In this document: positions 28,297 through 32,000 of the stretch, one piece after another
How the letters are laid out: each line of letters opens with the position of its first letter
How positions within the stretch are numbered: the first letter of the stretch is position 1
Source of the DNA: Synechocystis sp. PCC 6803 substr. PCC-P
GTDB lineage: Bacteria; Cyanobacteriota; Cyanobacteriia; Cyanobacteriales; Microcystaceae
Length of the DNA stretch: 32,000 nucleotides
Assembly (NCBI RefSeq): GCF_000284455.1
Contig: NC_017039.1
Span: 3,030,001 to 3,062,000, forward strand
Direction of reading: 5' to 3'
Translations under genes and position numbers: made by a program
Notes under the pieces: generated by a model
Database searches by the model: none
What the model was told of the DNA's origin: nothing
The model's input: the letters and a program-made list of their open reading frames with translations, nothing else

Positions 28297-28623
28297 CTAA
28301 GCCCTGTTAGCATACATCATCACTAATACACCAACCAAGGCGATCGCCGCTCCAAGCCAGTCCAGGCGATCGACTACCACATTGTCTACTTGCCATCCCC
28401 AGATAATGGAGAGGATGATGAAAATTCCGCCATAGGCGGCATAGGCTCGCCCAAAGTTGGCAGGTTGAAGCGTTGCTACAAATCCATATACGGTGAGTAA
28501 AATTGCTCTAACTAATGCCAACCAAACACTTTTACCTTCCCGTATCCATAACCAAACTAAGTATCCGCCCCCAATTTCACACAAACCCGCCATGACAAAA
28601 TAAAGCAGTGATCGCAGAATCAT
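28297..28623 (-). CDS. UPF0060 (YnfA) family membrane protein
   Basis: [32 protein letters not shown]…[24 protein letters not shown]…[19 protein letters not shown]. Confidence 0.92.
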   Translation of the reverse strand: MILRSLLYFVMAGLCEIGGGYLVWLWIREGKSVWLALVRAILLTVYGFVATLQPANFGRAYAAYGGIFIILSIIWGWQVDNVVVDRLDWLGAAIALVGVLVMMYANRA

Positions 28624-28634
28624 CGTCCATCTCC

Positions 28635-29033
28635 TTAATCCGATTCCTGCAAATGGTCTGCAACTTCCCGATACAAATTCATCACATGATTATCCGCCAA
28701 GCTGTAGTAAACATTACGGCCGACCCGGCGATACTTTACCAGGCGCTGCGATCGTAAAATTCGTAATTGATGGGAAACTGCCGATTCACTCACTTTCATC
28801 GCCGCTGCTAAATCACAGACACAGAGTTCTTGGCGGGCCAATGCCGACATTAAACGCAACCGACTCGGATCAGCTAGTGCACTGAAAAACTCCGCCATTT
28901 GCTGGGCCTGGTCCAATGACATCACCTCTGGTTGAACCTGTCGTACCTGCTCAAGATGAACAAGAGGTTGATCACAAAGGGGCATCTCTTCGTTCTGGCA
29001 GGATTGTGACTTTGACAACGAGGACTTACTCAT
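28635..29033 (-). CDS. ziaR: SmtB/ArsR-family zinc-responsive repressor
   Basis: [62 protein letters not shown], including alpha-5 metal-site residues; divergent from ziaA. Confidence 0.94.
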   Translation of the reverse strand: MSKSSLSKSQSCQNEEMPLCDQPLVHLEQVRQVQPEVMSLDQAQQMAEFFSALADPSRLRLMSALARQELCVCDLAAAMKVSESAVSHQLRILRSQRLVKYRRVGRNVYYSLADNHVMNLYREVADHLQESD

Positions 29034-29109
29034 AGAGGTTGGCGTTAGGAGCTAGGGAAAAATTTAAACTGGATTTAGAAAATGATTTTCATCCTAACAT
29101 CTTTAATAT

Positions 29110-29125
29110 CTGAGCATATCTTCAG
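29110..29125. promoter_or_regulatory. candidate ZiaR operator
   Basis: Inverted repeat CTGA-gcatatct-TCAG within TATCTGAGCATATCTTCAGGTGTTTC, in the ziaR/ziaA divergent intergenic region. Confidence 0.55.
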
Positions 29126-29187
29126 GTGTTTCAAGATTTGTGCTACGGTTCAAGGAGGTTTTTCTTTAAATCACGTTGGCCGCCATG

Positions 29188-31350
29188 ACCCAATCTTCAC
29201 CGCTCAAAACTCAGCAAATGCAAGTCGGCGGCATGGACTGCACTAGTTGCAAGTTAAAAATTGAAGGTAGCTTGGAAAGATTGAAGGGAGTAGCAGAGGC
29301 CTCTGTCACGGTGGCCACGGGACGATTAACTGTTACCTATGATCCCAAGCAGGTCAGTGAAATAACCATTCAAGAACGGATCGCCGCCCTGGGTTACACC
29401 CTTGCAGAGCCAAAATCATCTGTAACGCTTAATGGTCATAAACATCCCCACTCCCATAGGGAAGAAGGCCATAGCCATAGTCATGGTGCTGGTGAATTTA
29501 ATCTGAAACAAGAACTACTGCCCGTCCTGACGGCGATCGCCCTCTTTACCATTGCTATTTTGTTCGAGCAACCGTTACACAACACGCCAGGTCAGATTGC
29601 TGAATTTGCAGTGATTATTCCTGCCTATCTCTTGAGTGGTTGGACAGTGCTCAAAACAGCGGGACGCAATATTCTCAGAGGGCAGATTTTTGATGAAAAC
29701 TTTTTAATGACGATCGCCACCTTGGGGGCCTTGGCAATTCATCAACTCCCCGAAGCCGTGGCCGTGATGTTGTTCTTTCGAGTGGGAGAGCTATTTCAAG
29801 AATACTCCGTTGGGCGATCGCGCCGTTCCATCAAAGCTTTACTGGAAGCACGTCCCGATACCGCGAACTTGAAGCGCAATGGTACAGTGCAACAAGTTTC
29901 CCCCGAAACGGTACAGGTTGATGACTTAATTTTGGTAAAGCCGGGTGAAAAAGTGCCCCTGGATGGCGAGATTTTAGGGGGAACTTCACAGGTAGATACT
30001 TCAGCACTGACTGGCGAATCGGTGCCCGGCACAGTTAAGCCTGGAGATACCATTCTTGCAGGCATGATCAACCAATCGGGTGTGTTGACAATTCGAGTCA
30101 CCAAACTATTTAGTGAATCTTCGATCGCCAAAGTGCTCGATCTGGTTGAAAATGCGTCTAGCAAAAAGGCATCCACCGAGAAATTCATCACCCAATTTGC
30201 CCGCTACTACACTCCCGTTATCGTCTTTCTTTCGTTAGCCGTTGCCCTGTTACCACCTCTGTTCATCCCTGGGGCGGATCGAGCCGATTGGGTTTATCGT
30301 GCCTTGGTTCTGTTGGTGATTTCCTGTCCCTGTGGATTGGTGATCAGCATTCCGCTCGGCTATTTTGGTGGCATTGGGGGAGCCGCCAAACATGGGATTT
30401 TGATCAAGGGATCTACCTTTTTAGACTCCCTCACGGCCGTTAAAACCGTTGTGTTTGATAAAACTGGAACCTTAACCAAAGGCACATTTAAGGTTACTCA
30501 GGTCGTTACCAAAAATGGATTTTCTGAATCAGAATTGTTAACCCTAGCCGCAAAAGCCGAATCCCATTCCACTCATCCCATTGCCCTATCGATCCGCGAA
30601 GCTTATGCCCAGTCGATCGCTGACTCTGAAGTGGCCGACTACGAAGAAATTGCTGGGCATGGCATTCGAGCCGTTGTGCAAAATCAAGTCGTCATTGCGG
30701 GCAATGATCGCCTTTTGCATCGAGAAAAAATCGATCATGATACCTGTGACGTAGCCGGTACAGTGGTTCATCTCGCCGTAGATGGGCGCTATGGGGGCTA
30801 TATTCTGATTGCCGACGAAATTAAGGAAGATGCGGTTCAAGCGATTCGAGACCTAAAACGCATGGGAGTTGAAAAGACCGTGATGCTGACCGGGGATAGT
30901 GAAATAGTAGCTCAATCCGTTGCCCAGCAAATTGGTTTAGATGCCTTTGTTGCTGAATTATTGCCAGAAGAAAAAGTCGATGAAATTGAGCAACTGCTAG
31001 ATCCTTCAGGTAAAGCAAAACTGGCATTTGTAGGAGATGGTATTAATGATGCCCCCGTGATTGCCCGAGCCGATGTCGGTATAGCCATGGGGGGATTGGG
31101 CTCCGATGCTGCCATTGAAACAGCGGACGTGGTGTTGATGACCGATGCGCCCTCGAAGGTGGCCGAAGCGATTCATGTGGCCCGCAAAACTCGTCAAATT
31201 GTTGTACAGAACATTGTCCTAGCCCTAGGGATTAAAGCACTTTTTATCGCCCTGGGCACCATTGGCTTGGCAACCCTCTGGGAGGCGGTGTTTGCGGATG
31301 TGGGAGTAGCACTGTTAGCGATTTTGAATGCTACTCGGATTGCTAAGTAA
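29188..31350 (+). CDS. ziaA: zinc-exporting P1B-type ATPase
   Basis: HMA domain VGGMDCTSCKLKI, His-rich linker HKHPHSHREEGHSHSHG, TGES, CPCG, DKTGTLTKG, FVGDGINDAPVIARADVGIAM. ATG 29188 preferred over the upstream 29176 start. Confidence 0.95.
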   Translation, partial: TQSSPLKTQQMQVGGMDCTSCKLKIEGSLERLKGVAEASVTVATGRLTVTYDPKQVSEITIQERIAALGYTLAEPKSSVTLNGHKHPHSHREEGHSHSHGAGEFNLKQELLPVLTAIALFTIAILFEQPLHNTPGQIAEFAVIIPAYLLSGWTVLKTAGRNILRGQIFDENFLMTIATLGALAIHQLPEAVAVMLFFRVGELFQEYSVGRSRRSIKALLEARPDTANLKRNGTVQQVSPETVQVDDLILVKPGEKVPLDGEILGGTSQVDTSALTGESVPGTVKPGDTILAGMINQSGVLTIRVTKLFSESSIAKVLDLVENASSKKASTEKFITQFARYYTPVIVFLSLAVALLPPLFIPGADRADWVYRALVLLVISCPCGLVISIPLGYFGGIGGAAKHGILIKGSTFLDSLTAVKTVVFDKTGTLTKGTFKVTQVVTKNGFSESELLTLAAKAESHSTHPIALSIREAYAQSIADSEVADYEEIAGHGIRAVVQNQVVIAGNDRLLHREKIDHDTCDVAGTVVHLAVDGRYGGYILIADEIKEDAVQAIRDLKRMGVEKTVMLTGDSEIVAQSVAQQIGLDAFVAELLPEEKVDEIEQLLDPSGKAKLAFVGDGINDAPVIARADVGIAMGGLGSDAAIETADVVLMTDAPSKVAEAIHVARKTRQIVVQNIVLALGIKALFIALGTIGLATLWEAVFADVGVALLAILNATRIAK

Positions 31351-31376
31351 AGTGCATTGACAGTATCCATACCCTG

Positions 31377-32000
31377 TTAGGTGAGATTTTTGGTACACTC
31401 TCGGGACTGTTGGTATGGTGGCGGACATATTGATAAGCGAATGGTGAATAAACTTCCCTGACCCAATTCACTCTCTACAGTCAAAACACCTTGATGCTTA
31501 ACGGCGATCGCCTGGGCAATGGCAAGGCCTAATCCTGCCCCTCCCCGTTGTCGAGACCGGGCCGTGTCCACCCGATAAAAACGGTCAAAAACCCGGCTTT
31601 GATTCTCCGAAGCAATGCCAATGCCCGTATCTTGGACTTTGATGATGGCTTGCTGTTTATCGGTCTCAAGCATGACGGTTACCTCGCCCCCCGTTGGGGT
31701 GTAGTGAATGGCATTACTGATTAAATTACCCACCAAACGATAAAGCTGTTCTTCTTCTCCCCTGACCCAGATATTTGCTTGATTGTCTAACTTCGCAGAT
31801 AACAATACCCCAGCGGCGATCGCCAAACTGGCAAATTCTTCGGTTAAATCTTCAACTAAATCATTGAGACAACAAAGGGTAAACTGGGTCGGATTAACTG
31901 TTGTTAAATCCATGCGGGAGAGGAGTAATAAATCATGGATTAAATGGCTGAGACGATAATTTTGTCGTTTTAAGGTTTGCAAGGTGCTATGGGTTTCTTC
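31377..32000 (-). CDS. histidine kinase, C-terminal part (runs off right edge), paralog of NrsS
   Basis: LSHLIHDLLLLSRMDLTT… NLISNAIHYTPTGGEV, IKVQDTGIGIASENQ, GGAGLGLAIAQAIAVKHQGVLTVESELGQGSLFTIRL. Frame stays open past 31982 to the window end (EETHSTLQTLKRQNYRL). Confidence 0.92.
   Translation of the reverse strand, partial: EETHSTLQTLKRQNYRLSHLIHDLLLLSRMDLTTVNPTQFTLCCLNDLVEDLTEEFASLAIAAGVLLSAKLDNQANIWVRGEEEQLYRLVGNLISNAIHYTPTGGEVTVMLETDKQQAIIKVQDTGIGIASENQSRVFDRFYRVDTARSRQRGGAGLGLAIAQAIAVKHQGVLTVESELGQGSLFTIRLSICPPPYQQSRECTKNLT

Overview
Cyanobacterial chromosomal window; protein content and order from about 10.6 kb onward closely resemble the Synechocystis sp. PCC 6803 slr0786-slr0798 region (recognised from memory, no search run). 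Left part (1-10.5 kb): an accessory-type assortment of genes. It starts with the C-terminal part of a large multidomain sensor kinase carrying an in-frame TAG and apparently lacking its GAF core, followed by a NarL/LuxR-type response regulator, a DsbA-like protein without CxxC, an alpha/beta hydrolase, SDR and NmrA-type reductases, a CPBP protease, a Rid-family protein, a class D (OXA-type) beta-lactamase and an orphan ribbon-helix-helix (RHH) regulator with a palindromic upstream region. Middle (10.6-16.5 kb): methionine aminopeptidase, truncated Rpn-like remnant, Phd/VapC-type toxin-antitoxin pair with a 9-bp perfect inverted repeat operator candidate, NMN adenylyltransferase-Nudix plus NAMPT (NAD salvage), HPP-family membrane protein, and a UmuC fragment. 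Right part (16.7-32 kb): a metal homeostasis island with nrsS/nrsR, nrsBACD (Ni/Co efflux, including a lambda-endolysin-like protein inside the operon), coaR/coaT (Co), a UPF0060 protein, ziaR/ziaA (Zn), and an NrsS-paralogous histidine kinase running off the right edge. I do not see a convincing wholly new defence or mobile system. The most interesting items are the muramidase inside the metal-efflux operon, the operator-like repeats, and the decaying kinase gene.
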